From: Clostridiaceae bacterium
GTDB taxonomy: Bacteria; Bacillota; Clostridia; Christensenellales; CAG-138
DNA: 64,000 bases
Direction: 5' to 3'
Assembly (NCBI GenBank): GCA_039680365.1
Contig: JBDKTD010000020.1
Span: 1,521 to 65,520, forward strand
This document shows, in pieces, positions 43,585-53,837 of the stretch. Position numbers and translations under genes: made by a program. The notes beneath the pieces were generated by a model that did not search any database, was not told the DNA's origin, and saw nothing but the letters and a program-made list of their open reading frames with translations. Numbering within the stretch: position 1 is the first letter of the stretch; each line of letters opens with the position of its first letter.

Positions 43585-44826
43585 TTGCGGATACTGATGA
43601 TCGAGCGCTACCTCTATCCGTTTGGCGGCGCGCAGACCTATATGCTCGCAATCGCCGATTGGCTGAAAGCAAACGGCCACGAGGTGGAGTTTTTTGGTAT
43701 GTTCGACCAGCGCAACGTCGTTGGCAACAGTGCGGGGGCATACACGCGCAATATGGACTTTCACACAAAGTCGCTCGCGCGCTTTACCTATCCGTTTACG
43801 CTGCTCTATTCGCCAGGCGCGCGCAGAAAGCTGAAAAAGGTGATCGACGCGTTTCGGCCGGACCTTGTCCATCTGCACGGGTTCAACTTTCAGCTCACGC
43901 CTTCGGTCATCTACGAAGTCAAAGCGCGCGGCATTCCCCTGATCACAACGATTCACGACGCGCAGATCGCCTGCCCGTGTCACCGGCTCTATATTGAGCA
44001 TAAGGGTGAACCCTGCCTGCGCTGCGTTTCGGGAAAGTACGTTAACTGCGTTTCCCAGCGCTGCATTTCCGGTTCGCTGGCAAAGAGCGCGCTCGCCGCG
44101 GCGGAGTCGTATCTCTATCACGCGCTGCATACCTACGACAAGATTGACCGCTTCATCCTGCCGAGCCGGTTTCTGTATAACGTTCTCTTGGAGAATGGCA
44201 TACCGGAATCCAAAATGCTGGTGCTGCACAACTTTTCCCGTATGAACCGGCGCGAAACCGCGGCAAAAAAACCTTCCGGCGAGTATGTTCTGTATTTTGG
44301 CAGGCTCAGCCGGGAAAAGGGGATGGAAACTTTTGCGCGCGCCTGCGCCCGCTTGCCGGAAATACCGTTTCTGGTTGCGGGAACCGGCCCGTCGGAAACT
44401 TGCTTTGCAGATCTGCCAAATGTAACGCTGCTGGGGCATGTTGGCGGCGCGGAACTGGAAACGCTGATCGAAGGCGCGGCGTTTTCGGTATATCCTTCCG
44501 AATGGTACGAAAACTGCCCGATGTCCGTTCTGGAATCGCAGGCGCTGGGTGTTCCGGTCGTCGGCGCGCGCATCGGCGGGATACCGGAGCTGATCGAGGA
44601 CGGCGAGACGGGCGTTTTATTCAAAAGCGGAAGTGAAGAGGAACTGACGCATGCAATTCGCTCGCTCTGGAACGATAAGGCGGCGCTGCAAGGTATGCAA
44701 GACAGCTGTCTTGCCCAGCCGCGCCTGAGCGACACGAACCAGTACTGCCAGCGCTTGATGAGCGAGTATATGAACGTTTGCGTTCGCGCCAAGGAGGGAC
44801 AAAACAGTTGCCTGATTTACTCATAA
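43585..44826 (+). CDS. Glycosyltransferase family 4 (GT-B)
   Basis: TTG after AGGAGGG (alternative ATG at 43549). The C-terminal E-x7-E region is SEWYENCPMSVLESQALGVPVVG..GGIPELI. Confidence 0.75.
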   Translation: MRILMIERYLYPFGGAQTYMLAIADWLKANGHEVEFFGMFDQRNVVGNSAGAYTRNMDFHTKSLARFTYPFTLLYSPGARRKLKKVIDAFRPDLVHLHGFNFQLTPSVIYEVKARGIPLITTIHDAQIACPCHRLYIEHKGEPCLRCVSGKYVNCVSQRCISGSLAKSALAAAESYLYHALHTYDKIDRFILPSRFLYNVLLENGIPESKMLVLHNFSRMNRRETAAKKPSGEYVLYFGRLSREKGMETFARACARLPEIPFLVAGTGPSETCFADLPNVTLLGHVGGAELETLIEGAAFSVYPSEWYENCPMSVLESQALGVPVVGARIGGIPELIEDGETGVLFKSGSEEELTHAIRSLWNDKAALQGMQDSCLAQPRLSDTNQYCQRLMSEYMNVCVRAKEGQNSCLIYS

Positions 44827-45845
44827 CGGGAGCCGTTGCTCTGGCGGCGGCTGTTCTCGCCCTGGCCGGCTTGCAAAAGCGCGGCGAAAACGAAGCGGTG
44901 TTTTCTCTGCCCACCGCGCAGACGCTCCGCGCCGCTTGCAGCGTTGTGGTCATTCTGGTGCATATTCCCGTGGCGTTTGGCAACAAAGCGCAGGATGCGA
45001 TCGGCAGCTTTGCGTTTATCTGCGTAACGCTCTTTTTCCTGCTCTCCGCGTACGGGCTGACCACGCAGTACCGCCAGAAGGGCGAAGCGTATATTAAGCA
45101 CTTCTGGAGAAACCGCCTTGCTTCGCTGTTGATTCCAATGGTGTTGATCAATGTTGCGGGTATTCTGCTGGGCAACCATCCGGAGCGCAGCTTGTTGCTG
45201 CGGCTTGTTTGGCCGAACGATTACGCGCTGACGCTGCTGCTCTATTACGTGGTGTTTTGGATTGTGCATCGCGTCAAGCGCTTGTCGGACGACGCGCGGG
45301 ACTGGATTTTGATTGGGTTTACGCTCGTTACCAGCCTCGCCGTGCAGGGGTATGTTGCGTCCAGCGGAACGCAGGCGTCGCTCTGGCCGGTGGAACGGCT
45401 GGGGTTTGCTTACGGCATTCTGGCCGCGCGCTTTGCCGGCGGAACGACGGAGCGGAAACTTGTTCAAAACGGAAAGAAATGGCTGCTATGGGCGCTTTGC
45501 TCATTTGCGGTATTCTGCGGGCTGGGGTTTCTGTATCTGCGTTTTAAGTTCAGCGGCATATGGCTTGCCTACGCGCTCAAAGCGGTTCTCGGAGCCGCCG
45601 CCATTTTGCTGATTACAATACTGCTGACGCGTTACCGTCTCGGCAACAAAGCCTCCATAGCGGCGGGGGAAACGTCCTACGAAATCTACCTTGCGCATGG
45701 AGCCGCGATCCTGTTTTTGGAGCGCGCCCTGCCACAGCTTTCAAGCGGCACGTTCATCCTCTGCGTTCTGGGGCTGACCGCCGCGCTTGCCATAGCGGTC
45801 AAACTGCTTGCAAGTCCGCTCGTAAAGCTGGTTCGAAAGAAATGA
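44808..45845 (+). CDS. Membrane acyltransferase family 3 (polysaccharide O-acetyltransferase)
   Basis: About ten TM helices, with VVILVHIP and SYEIYLAHG motifs typical of Acyl_transf_3. TTG start after AAGGAGGG. Confidence 0.7.
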   Translation: MPDLLITGAVALAAAVLALAGLQKRGENEAVFSLPTAQTLRAACSVVVILVHIPVAFGNKAQDAIGSFAFICVTLFFLLSAYGLTTQYRQKGEAYIKHFWRNRLASLLIPMVLINVAGILLGNHPERSLLLRLVWPNDYALTLLLYYVVFWIVHRVKRLSDDARDWILIGFTLVTSLAVQGYVASSGTQASLWPVERLGFAYGILAARFAGGTTERKLVQNGKKWLLWALCSFAVFCGLGFLYLRFKFSGIWLAYALKAVLGAAAILLITILLTRYRLGNKASIAAGETSYEIYLAHGAAILFLERALPQLSSGTFILCVLGLTAALAIAVKLLASPLVKLVRKK

Positions 45846-45902
45846 CCATACGAAAGCCGCGGCATCCGTGAATGAACGGTGCCAAGGCTGGCCGGAGGGC
45901 AA

Positions 45903-47111
45903 ATGAAGCGTATTCTGATCGTTATGCTGTCGCTCTATAACGGAGGCGCGGAGCGCAGCCTCGTGAACCTGCTCAACGAGTTCGACTGCCCGGAGTTCCA
46001 GATCGACCTGCTGTTGTTTCGAAAAGAAGGCATGCATCTTCCGCAGGTGCCCGCGTCTGTTCGCCTGCTGGACGCATCGAAAACGCTCGGCGCACTCTAT
46101 GAACGCCGCCCGAACGGAAAGCGCCTTTCCAGCTATCCGGCCTATTTCGTCAAAATTATCGCTTCATTGATATCCCGGCTTGCCGAACCGAAAAACAAGC
46201 GGAATGCGGATGCGTTCCGCTGGAAGCACTTTTACCGGCGCGTCGTGGAAGAACTTCCAACGCCTTACGATGTTGCGGTCTCCTTCGATTCCGGCGAAAT
46301 GCTGTATTACATCGTGGACAAAGTGCATGCAAAACGAAAGATCACCTGGGTGCATACCAACTACCGCGAGTATCAATTGCCAACGCGGTATGACCGGCCG
46401 TACTTTGCAAAGCTGGATCAAGTCGTTACCATTTCGCCCAAGTGCAAAACGGCGCTGGAAGAGGTTTTTCCAGAGTTTATCGGCAAGTTTCTCTGGCTTC
46501 CGAACCTGATTTCTTCCCGCAAGATTGAACATCTGAGCCTGGCCTATAAACCGGAAGAGTTCGCTGCCTGCCCGGGTGCGAACATACTCTCCGTGGCGCG
46601 TTTGAGTTTTGAAAAAGGAATCGATATCGCCGTGGAAGCCGCTGCAGAGCTGAAAAAGCGGGGCATTCCGTTTTGCTGGTTCATCGTTGGCGAAGGCCCC
46701 GAAGGTGTGCGTCTTAGCCAGCAAATCCATTCGCTCGGGCTGGAAGACGACGTCGTGCTGCTGGGTACGCGTGAAAACCCTTACCCCTATATACGCGGGT
46801 GCGACGTGCTGGTTCAGCCTTCCCGCGTGGAAGGCAAGTCCCTGGTGACGGACGAAGCGCGCATTTTGCATAAGCCGATCGTCTGCGCAAACTACGAGTC
46901 CGCGCCGGATCAAATTGAACACGAGGTAACGGGGCTGATCGTGCCCACTACGGGCGAAGGCATCTCCGCGGGCATTGTTCGCCTGCTGGAAGACGACGCG
47001 CTCAGAGAAGAGATTATTGCAAATTTGAAAGCAAAAGAGCAGGGCAACGCGGAGGAAATCCGCCGGTATTACGCGCTGTTTGAGGGTGTTACTGCATGCA
47101 CGCAAGGGTAA
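45903..47111 (+). CDS. Glycosyltransferase family 4 (GT-B)
   Basis: Start MKRILIVMLSLYNGGAERS after GGAGGG. C-terminal PSRVEGKSLVTDEARILHKPIV. Confidence 0.75.
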   Translation: MKRILIVMLSLYNGGAERSLVNLLNEFDCPEFQIDLLLFRKEGMHLPQVPASVRLLDASKTLGALYERRPNGKRLSSYPAYFVKIIASLISRLAEPKNKRNADAFRWKHFYRRVVEELPTPYDVAVSFDSGEMLYYIVDKVHAKRKITWVHTNYREYQLPTRYDRPYFAKLDQVVTISPKCKTALEEVFPEFIGKFLWLPNLISSRKIEHLSLAYKPEEFAACPGANILSVARLSFEKGIDIAVEAAAELKKRGIPFCWFIVGEGPEGVRLSQQIHSLGLEDDVVLLGTRENPYPYIRGCDVLVQPSRVEGKSLVTDEARILHKPIVCANYESAPDQIEHEVTGLIVPTTGEGISAGIVRLLEDDALREEIIANLKAKEQGNAEEIRRYYALFEGVTACTQG

Positions 47112-48340
47112 AAGAAGCGTTCATCCTCCTTCGGCGCGCGTATTTTCTGCTGCTGATCAGTTTGCCGCTGCTGACGATTGCGGAACGGTATATTCCGTTC
47201 CTTGGCGCGTTCACGTCCGCCGCGTTCGTAATCGTCTCCCCGCTGACGCTAGTTTCCAACAAGCGCAAAATTGCGATTCTCGTTGAGTACGCGGTTGCCG
47301 GAGCCTTGCTCTGGCTCAACTGGAAGAACATTGCGGACGTGGACTACCATCTGGATATCGTAAAATGTACGCTCGTGTTGATTTCGGTCTCCCACCAATG
47401 CGCGGACAGGGAATTCAAGCGCGAACTGCTCGTATTCATCCGCAGGCACATGCGGTATATCGAAACCCAGTTGATTCTGGTCGCGCTCGTAAATCTCGCG
47501 GTCATTCCCTTTTCGTACGGGTATTCCAATAAATACAGCGCCATGTGGGAAATTTCCGCTTTTCAGGGAATCTATATCGACCCGCATCAAGCGTCGTATC
47601 GGCTGTTTATCAGTGCAGCGCTCCTCTTTACGCTGTCGGTCTGCCGTAAGCGTCTGGGATTGCTCGGCAGGCAGTCGCGGCTGGTTTATTCGGTTCTCGC
47701 GCTTGCGGTGCTTTTGCTGGTGGTCAGAACGGGCGCGCGGGTTGCGCTGGTTCTGGCGCCGCTTCTGTTTCTTTTTACCATGCGCAATCTCCTGCCCAGA
47801 GTGAAGCTGGAATCGGGCGGCGCTTCCGTTGCCGTTTCCGCAGCGCTGGGCGCTTTGATACTGCTTGCCGCTGGGGCGTTAATCTTCGCCTTTTTTCGCT
47901 CAAGCGTGGGCGAAAAGACGATCGCCGCGTTTTCCGGAAAGAGCTTCGACAACGGGCGCAGTATCATTCGTTCGATCAGTTTGGCGACGTACGCTTCCTG
48001 GAACGCTTGGAAAAAGATATTCGGCGGCGGGCACGATATCGTCCATCAACTCACGCTCAGCAGGATGTATTTCAGCCTCTGGGCGCATAACGACTACCTG
48101 CAGATGCTCATGGGCGCGGGCTTGCTGGGGCTGGGTCAGTATCTTGTGGATACGATTCGCATGCTGCGGCAGTTTTTCCGTGCGCGTTGGGTGGGCGCGC
48201 TCACGTTTGCGGCGCTTGTGTTTACGGCATGGTTTAACGGCTTGATGCCGCATGTGCTGTTTGTTTCCACGCTGCCCATTCTTTGCGGAGCGCTGGAAGC
48301 GTTTGACGGATATGACCTGCGGGAGGTTCGGCATGGATAA
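47096..48340 (+). CDS. wzy: O-antigen polymerase/ligase-family membrane protein (Wzy-like)
   Basis: Polytopic, with the Wzy_C-type motif WAHNDYLQMLMGAGLLGL. Confidence 0.7.
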   Translation: MHARVKEAFILLRRAYFLLLISLPLLTIAERYIPFLGAFTSAAFVIVSPLTLVSNKRKIAILVEYAVAGALLWLNWKNIADVDYHLDIVKCTLVLISVSHQCADREFKRELLVFIRRHMRYIETQLILVALVNLAVIPFSYGYSNKYSAMWEISAFQGIYIDPHQASYRLFISAALLFTLSVCRKRLGLLGRQSRLVYSVLALAVLLLVVRTGARVALVLAPLLFLFTMRNLLPRVKLESGGASVAVSAALGALILLAAGALIFAFFRSSVGEKTIAAFSGKSFDNGRSIIRSISLATYASWNAWKKIFGGGHDIVHQLTLSRMYFSLWAHNDYLQMLMGAGLLGLGQYLVDTIRMLRQFFRARWVGALTFAALVFTAWFNGLMPHVLFVSTLPILCGALEAFDGYDLREVRHG

Positions 48341-49415
48341 AATCGGGTTGTTAACCATACACAATACGGCGAACTACGGCTCAACGCTGCAGGCGTTCGC
48401 TCTCTGCCATGCGCTGGCGGAGATCGGGCTGGACGCGGAACTGATCGATTACGAAAACGAAGCGATTGAAGCGCGCGAGCGCCCCATTACGCGAAGGCCC
48501 TGCACGGGGGCCAAGATGTGGCTCCAACAGCGTTTGTGGGGCAAAGCGTTCGAAGCGCGGTACGACGGAATGCGCGCCTTTTTGGAAGAGCATGTGCGCT
48601 TTTCCGCGCCGTATACGCGCGCGAACATCGCGCTTGCGGGCGAGAAATACAAGGGCTTTGTGCTGGGCAGCGATATTGTCTGGAGTCCCGCGATCACCGG
48701 CGGAGACCTGACGTATTTTTTAGATTTTGTTCCGGACCGCGTTCCCAAAATCGCGTTCGGCTCCTCCATCGGCAACCAGTGGGATGAAGCGACCGCGCGC
48801 ACAGTGGCTCCGTTGATCGCACGGTTTTCCCGCTTGTCCGTCCGAGAAGAGGAAGCGGTTGAATGGCTGAGCGAACTGACCGATCAGGAGGTGGAACTCG
48901 TATGCGATCCCACCGTGCTCTATCGGGCGGGATTCTGGAGCGGGTTTGCGGAGCCTGCCGACGCAAAGGAGCCGTACGTACTCGTCTATATGCGCGATCC
49001 TGAGGATCGGTGCCTGCTGGATGCGAAGCAATACGCCAAAGCGCGCCATTTCAGGGTGAAATACATCAACTTCTGGACGCCGGTGCCCGGCGCGGAATCG
49101 GTTAAGCCCTGCACCATTGGCGCGTTTCTGGGACTGATTCAAAACGCGGAGTGCGTTTTTACCGGCTCCTACCACGGCATGCTTTTCTCGCTCTGTTTTG
49201 GCAGGGAACTTTACTATTACTACAACGGACATTCTGCGAGGATGCGCTCCATTGCGCAGTATCTGCATCTGGAGCGGCGCAACGGGCTGGACTGCCCGGA
49301 AGCAGGGGAACCAATCGACTACACGCAGGTGTTTCCCTTACTGGAAGAACTGCAGAACCGTTCCTGGGAAATACTTCGCAAAAGCTGTCTCGTGTTTCAA
49401 AACGGCGAGAATTGA
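48333..49415 (+). CDS. Polysaccharide pyruvyl transferase
   Basis: Start MDKIGLLTIHNTANYGSTLQAFAL (typical N-terminus of the PS_pyruv_trans family). Overlaps the wzy stop. Confidence 0.75.
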   Translation: MDKIGLLTIHNTANYGSTLQAFALCHALAEIGLDAELIDYENEAIEARERPITRRPCTGAKMWLQQRLWGKAFEARYDGMRAFLEEHVRFSAPYTRANIALAGEKYKGFVLGSDIVWSPAITGGDLTYFLDFVPDRVPKIAFGSSIGNQWDEATARTVAPLIARFSRLSVREEEAVEWLSELTDQEVELVCDPTVLYRAGFWSGFAEPADAKEPYVLVYMRDPEDRCLLDAKQYAKARHFRVKYINFWTPVPGAESVKPCTIGAFLGLIQNAECVFTGSYHGMLFSLCFGRELYYYYNGHSARMRSIAQYLHLERRNGLDCPEAGEPIDYTQVFPLLEELQNRSWEILRKSCLVFQNGEN

Positions 49416-49421
49416 GGAACT

Positions 49422-50861
49422 ATGGAGCAAACTATCGATCCCATCGGCGGGCGCGCAGTCAAGTCCGGCGTTTGGTACACAATATCGTCAATCCTGTCCA
49501 AGTCGATCATCTTTTTAACGACGCCTATTTTTACGCGCATCATGTCGGTGGAGGACTTTGGCGTCGCTTCCACCTTTACCTCCTGGTATCTCGTGCTCGG
49601 CGTCATTTTTTCGCTGAACCTCATGTACAGCATCGGCAGGGCGAAGCTGGACTTTCCCGGAAAGCTGGAAGAGTACACGGGCAGCATGATCGTTCTTGCC
49701 ACAACGTTTTCGCTAATCGTCTTTGGCGCGTCGTTCTTCTTTCAAAAACAGGTCGCCGGCTTTTTGAATATGAACTGGACGCTCGCGGTTCTGATGATGA
49801 TCTATCTGCTGGCTTCGTCGGTCGTCACGTTCAAGCAGGCGAGCATCCGCTATCAATATCAGTATAAGGGCAACGTTGCCATCTCGCTGATCATCTCCGT
49901 GGGCTCGGTGGCCTGCTCGTTTGCGCTGTTTGCAATCCCCACGCTGGAGCGATATCTGGCAAAGATTATCGGCTCCATCATTCCTTCTGTCTTTCTGGCG
50001 CTGGTCTTTACCGTGCAGGGGATAGCTCGCAAAAACTACAAAATCAGCGGCGAATACTGGAAGTACGGTTTAATCATCTCCGTGCCGCTGATCTTCCACT
50101 CGCTTTCCATCAATCTGCTTTCGCAGATTGACCGCGTTTTGATCAGCCGGTTCTGCGGAGACGGCGACGCGGGGATCTACAGCCTTGCGTACCAATATAC
50201 CCATCTCGTCTTCATCGTCCTCAGCGCGGTGAACGAAGCCTGGCTGCCGTGGTTCCACGATACGCTGAATGCCGGCAACACGGAAGCGGTCAAGAAAAAC
50301 GTTCAGAAACTCATCGTCTTTGGCGGTTTCATCGGTTTCGGGTGCGTAAGCCTCGCGCCGGAGATTATGGCGGTGCTTGGAACGGAAGCGTACACGCCGG
50401 GATTGCGCGTTGTCGCTCCGCTGATGGTTGCGATTCTCTGCGGGTTTGTGTTTCAGCAGTATGAGCATGTTGAACTGCATTTTAAAAAGACCTGGTATAT
50501 CTCCCTCGGCACGGGGATTGCCGCCGCGGTGAACTATGCGCTGAACTGGTGGCTGATTCCCAAATACGGCTTCGTAGCCGCCGCGTATACGACGATGGCG
50601 AGCTATGTGCTCGTAACCGTGATTCACTGGTTCATCAACCGTGTGGTGCTGAAAAAACACATCTATCAGGATATGAGAATGTTTTTCATACTGTTTGCGT
50701 TCAGCGTGGTTTGTCTTGCAATGCCGCTTCTGTATGAGCGGGTTATCGTTCGGTTTGCGGTTCTGCTGGCCGCCTGTGCGGCGTACCTTTTTGGTAGCCG
50801 CAAGATGATTATCGGCATTCTTGCCAACCGGAAAAAAGCGCTGAAGCCGAAGTCCGTTTGA
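49422..50861 (+). CDS. wzx: MOP-superfamily oligosaccharide flippase (Wzx)
   Basis: 479 aa with about 12-14 TM helices. N-terminal VKSGVWYTISSILSKSIIFLTTPIFTRIM, typical of polysaccharide-biosynthesis flippases. Confidence 0.8.
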   Translation: MEQTIDPIGGRAVKSGVWYTISSILSKSIIFLTTPIFTRIMSVEDFGVASTFTSWYLVLGVIFSLNLMYSIGRAKLDFPGKLEEYTGSMIVLATTFSLIVFGASFFFQKQVAGFLNMNWTLAVLMMIYLLASSVVTFKQASIRYQYQYKGNVAISLIISVGSVACSFALFAIPTLERYLAKIIGSIIPSVFLALVFTVQGIARKNYKISGEYWKYGLIISVPLIFHSLSINLLSQIDRVLISRFCGDGDAGIYSLAYQYTHLVFIVLSAVNEAWLPWFHDTLNAGNTEAVKKNVQKLIVFGGFIGFGCVSLAPEIMAVLGTEAYTPGLRVVAPLMVAILCGFVFQQYEHVELHFKKTWYISLGTGIAAAVNYALNWWLIPKYGFVAAAYTTMASYVLVTVIHWFINRVVLKKHIYQDMRMFFILFAFSVVCLAMPLLYERVIVRFAVLLAACAAYLFGSRKMIIGILANRKKALKPKSV

Positions 50862-50931
50862 GCGGAATGAGCAGAGACGGATTTTGGCGGATCAATCCGC
50901 TTCGGATGCGGAAAAAAGGGAGTGGTGCACC

Positions 50932-53622
50932 ATGACGCGCAAAAGAAAGCGCAGTCGATTATGGATCGATCTCATGCTTGCGGCGGCGGCGCTGGCGCTG
51001 ATTATATTGCTTTGGCTGGGCAATGAAATGAAGAACGAGCGCGAAACGGCGCTTGAGAGCAGCGCGACGTCTCAACTCGAAAACATGACGGACGAGCGCG
51101 ACAGCAAGAATATCCGGCTCTACACGGGGAACCCTGCCGGTTCGCCGTTTGCCGCGTCCACGCAGCTGTTTACGCCGCAAGAATACGCCGCCGGAGTTAA
51201 AAATGAGCCTGCCTCCTTTTTAGGGTACGCAAGAAGCGTGTTTGACCTTCCGCAGCCTATGGTAGGCAAAGACGCGGTCTTTTTACTGACGTACACGGCG
51301 GTGAGCGAAAACCGCTGCGTCAAGATTGCAATCAATTTTTACAGCGAGGGAACGCGCGTTTGCCAGCTGACCGACTACATCGGCGTGCAGGCCGCGCAGA
51401 GAACGTTTTCGATTCGTTTTTCCGGCCGCGCCGATCAACTGGAGTTTACGCCGCTCGGCGATTACGACGGCATCCAAATCGGGGAAGTCTCCCTTGCGCC
51501 TCTTGAAGGAAACGAGGCGGCGTCCGTTGGACTCTATAATCTGGATAAACAGGTTCAGACCGAGCTGCTTGCGGAATCCCCCAGCGGGGAAAACACAACC
51601 TTCGAACAGGTCGTCAGCGACGGCGACTACCTCTATATTGGAAAAAGAGACCGGCTGGATGTGGCGGAACTGCTCGAAGACGGCGCGCTGTATACGGTAG
51701 GGAGCGTCTCGGGTCTGGGCTACATCCGCAGGATGGCGCTTACTCAAGATCGAAAGGCAATCGCCGTCGTCTCCCGCGAGTACGGAGCGTTTCTGATTGA
51801 TCTCTCCAATCCCGCTTTGCCGGTTGTCGCCTCCGCCATCGATACGCTGGAGCTCGCTTCCGGCGTATGGATCGAGGGGGAATACGCGTTCTTTGCCAAC
51901 CGCTATGGCGGCATCGAAATTTACGACATACAGGATATCGCCCGCCCGCAGTTCGTCTCCGTTGCAAAGTCGAGCCAGTCGCTCGAGCGCATCGACGCGG
52001 CGGTCTACGGCGGTTACCTCTATACTTCCGGCTGGGATCATAAAAAGATTGAGATATTCGATTTGACGGATTTGAGCAATCCGCGTTCCGTCGGGGAGGT
52101 TTCCGTGCTGGGCACACCGTATGGAATCTGCGCGAGCAATGGCATGCTGTATGTCGCAACCGGCTTTCACGACGTGGAGAATGCCTTCGAAACGCCTGAC
52201 GACGCCGGCTATGGCTGCGGCAACGGGCTTGCGATCTACAGTCTGGAGGATCCGGCTCACCCGGAGTGGAAATCCACTTCGCTGCTTGACGGCAGGTATT
52301 ACTATGTCGGCATGGACTATTGGGATGTTTCGGTTGAGGGCAATACGGCTTTTGTTTCCGCGCTTTACAGCGGCCTGTACGTCTATGACGTATCGAATCC
52401 CGGCGCGCCGGTGCGGATTGCGCACGCGGAGATTCCGGTTGCGCTCAGTTCCGCCGACGCCGCGGCGGTCAAGGACGAGACGCAGGTTTTTCCTTATGCA
52501 AAGGACGAGTCGCGCTGCCCCGTCACGAGCGCTGCTTACTATAAGAACAAAGTGTTCTTAACGGGGTGGAATTCCAATATCTATTCTTTTGCGCTGCAAA
52601 AGCACCCTGTCGACGCGACGGAAGAAACCCCCAAAACAACGCTTTCTGCAAGCGGGGAACGCGATTCCATAGTGGAAACGCTCGACCTGAGCAAGCAGGG
52701 ATACGCTGTTTCCGTCATTGGCAGCACGCGGCAGACATACGCGGTGGTGGAGTACGACAGCGTGTTTTATGTTGCCGGCAGCGACGGAATCCGCTGGTAC
52801 GACGCAAAATGGAAACAGCTTGGCTGGCTCGAAACGGGTTATGCCGTAAAGGATATGAAACTCTCCGGCAGCCTGCTGGTCACGGCGGAAGGGCTCAGCG
52901 GCCTCGGCGTCTATAAAATACGCTACTCCGAGCCGCACTTGCTGGCGCGCTATCTGCCGCAGGATAACTATGCTTCCGTTGCGGCTTCCGCGCAGGTCGC
53001 CGTATCGCCCGACGGCAAGTTTGCCGTGCTGCACTGCAGGATGCACCTGTTCAAAATGATCGACATTTCGTCACCGGAAACGCCGGTGGAAGTGGAAAAC
53101 GTGTTCGTTGGCAGCACATACTACCGGCATTTCTGCATGCGGTACTATAACAAAACGGAAGTGCTGCTTTCGCATTCGCAGGGGATATGCGTGTTTGATT
53201 TTACCGGTGAAAACAAGGGCGATTATACCGCTGCCAATATACCGGACAGTGAATACTTCGACTTCAGGGACACGTTTGCCGTAACCGACGACAACCGCGT
53301 GATCGCCATTCTGGATCGCGGCTATAAAATCCTGACGATTGAGAATGGCGCCGTTACGAGCGCTTCCGACGTGATTACGCTGGAAGGGGACGTGTTTCTG
53401 CGCGGCTATCCGGTGATTCGCGGCGATCTGCTGGTCGTTACGGACGTCGTCACGGGTAACGTGGTAATCGCCGATCTATCCGATCTGGAGCAGCCAAAGC
53501 TGAAAGCGACCTTCACGCTGTCCGGCAGCGTGGATCCCGCGCTGATTACCAAGAGCGGGAAGATACTGATACCCGCAAGGTACGACGGCTTGATTGTGCT
53601 CACGCCGCTGAAAAACAAGTGA
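50932..53622 (+). CDS. Membrane-anchored extracellular beta-propeller protein with LVIVD-type repeats
   Basis: Start MTRKRKRSRLWIDLMLAAAALALIILL (signal anchor). Repeated motifs such as YAFFANRYGGIEIYDIQDIARPQFV, GYLYTSGWDHKKIEIFDLTDLSNPRSV, TAFVSALYSGLYVYDVSNPGAPVRI. Confidence 0.65.
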   Translation: MTRKRKRSRLWIDLMLAAAALALIILLWLGNEMKNERETALESSATSQLENMTDERDSKNIRLYTGNPAGSPFAASTQLFTPQEYAAGVKNEPASFLGYARSVFDLPQPMVGKDAVFLLTYTAVSENRCVKIAINFYSEGTRVCQLTDYIGVQAAQRTFSIRFSGRADQLEFTPLGDYDGIQIGEVSLAPLEGNEAASVGLYNLDKQVQTELLAESPSGENTTFEQVVSDGDYLYIGKRDRLDVAELLEDGALYTVGSVSGLGYIRRMALTQDRKAIAVVSREYGAFLIDLSNPALPVVASAIDTLELASGVWIEGEYAFFANRYGGIEIYDIQDIARPQFVSVAKSSQSLERIDAAVYGGYLYTSGWDHKKIEIFDLTDLSNPRSVGEVSVLGTPYGICASNGMLYVATGFHDVENAFETPDDAGYGCGNGLAIYSLEDPAHPEWKSTSLLDGRYYYVGMDYWDVSVEGNTAFVSALYSGLYVYDVSNPGAPVRIAHAEIPVALSSADAAAVKDETQVFPYAKDESRCPVTSAAYYKNKVFLTGWNSNIYSFALQKHPVDATEETPKTTLSASGERDSIVETLDLSKQGYAVSVIGSTRQTYAVVEYDSVFYVAGSDGIRWYDAKWKQLGWLETGYAVKDMKLSGSLLVTAEGLSGLGVYKIRYSEPHLLARYLPQDNYASVAASAQVAVSPDGKFAVLHCRMHLFKMIDISSPETPVEVENVFVGSTYYRHFCMRYYNKTEVLLSHSQGICVFDFTGENKGDYTAANIPDSEYFDFRDTFAVTDDNRVIAILDRGYKILTIENGAVTSASDVITLEGDVFLRGYPVIRGDLLVVTDVVTGNVVIADLSDLEQPKLKATFTLSGSVDPALITKSGKILIPARYDGLIVLTPLKNK

Positions 53623-53745
53623 TCATAAGTCGTCAAAGCGCTGCCGGTCCAAACCCCGGCATATAGGAAGCGTTCAAAGCGTGCCCCCCACGTTAGGCTT
53701 CCCTCCGGCTGAGGCAATGGGTCCCGCTCGGCAGCGCAGACGAAA

Positions 53746-53780
53746 CCCCGCCTGTTTCAGGCGGGGCTTTTTCGTTTTGG
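53746..53780 (+). terminator. Intrinsic terminator ending the polysaccharide operon
   Basis: Stem CCCCGCCTG/CAGGCGGGG with a 3-nt loop, followed by CTTTTTCGTTTT. Confidence 0.8.
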
Positions 53781-53837
53781 GGAGCGTTTTTCTATTTTGC
53801 GGCGTAGCGCCCAAAAACGGGCGCGCCGCTGGCGCGG

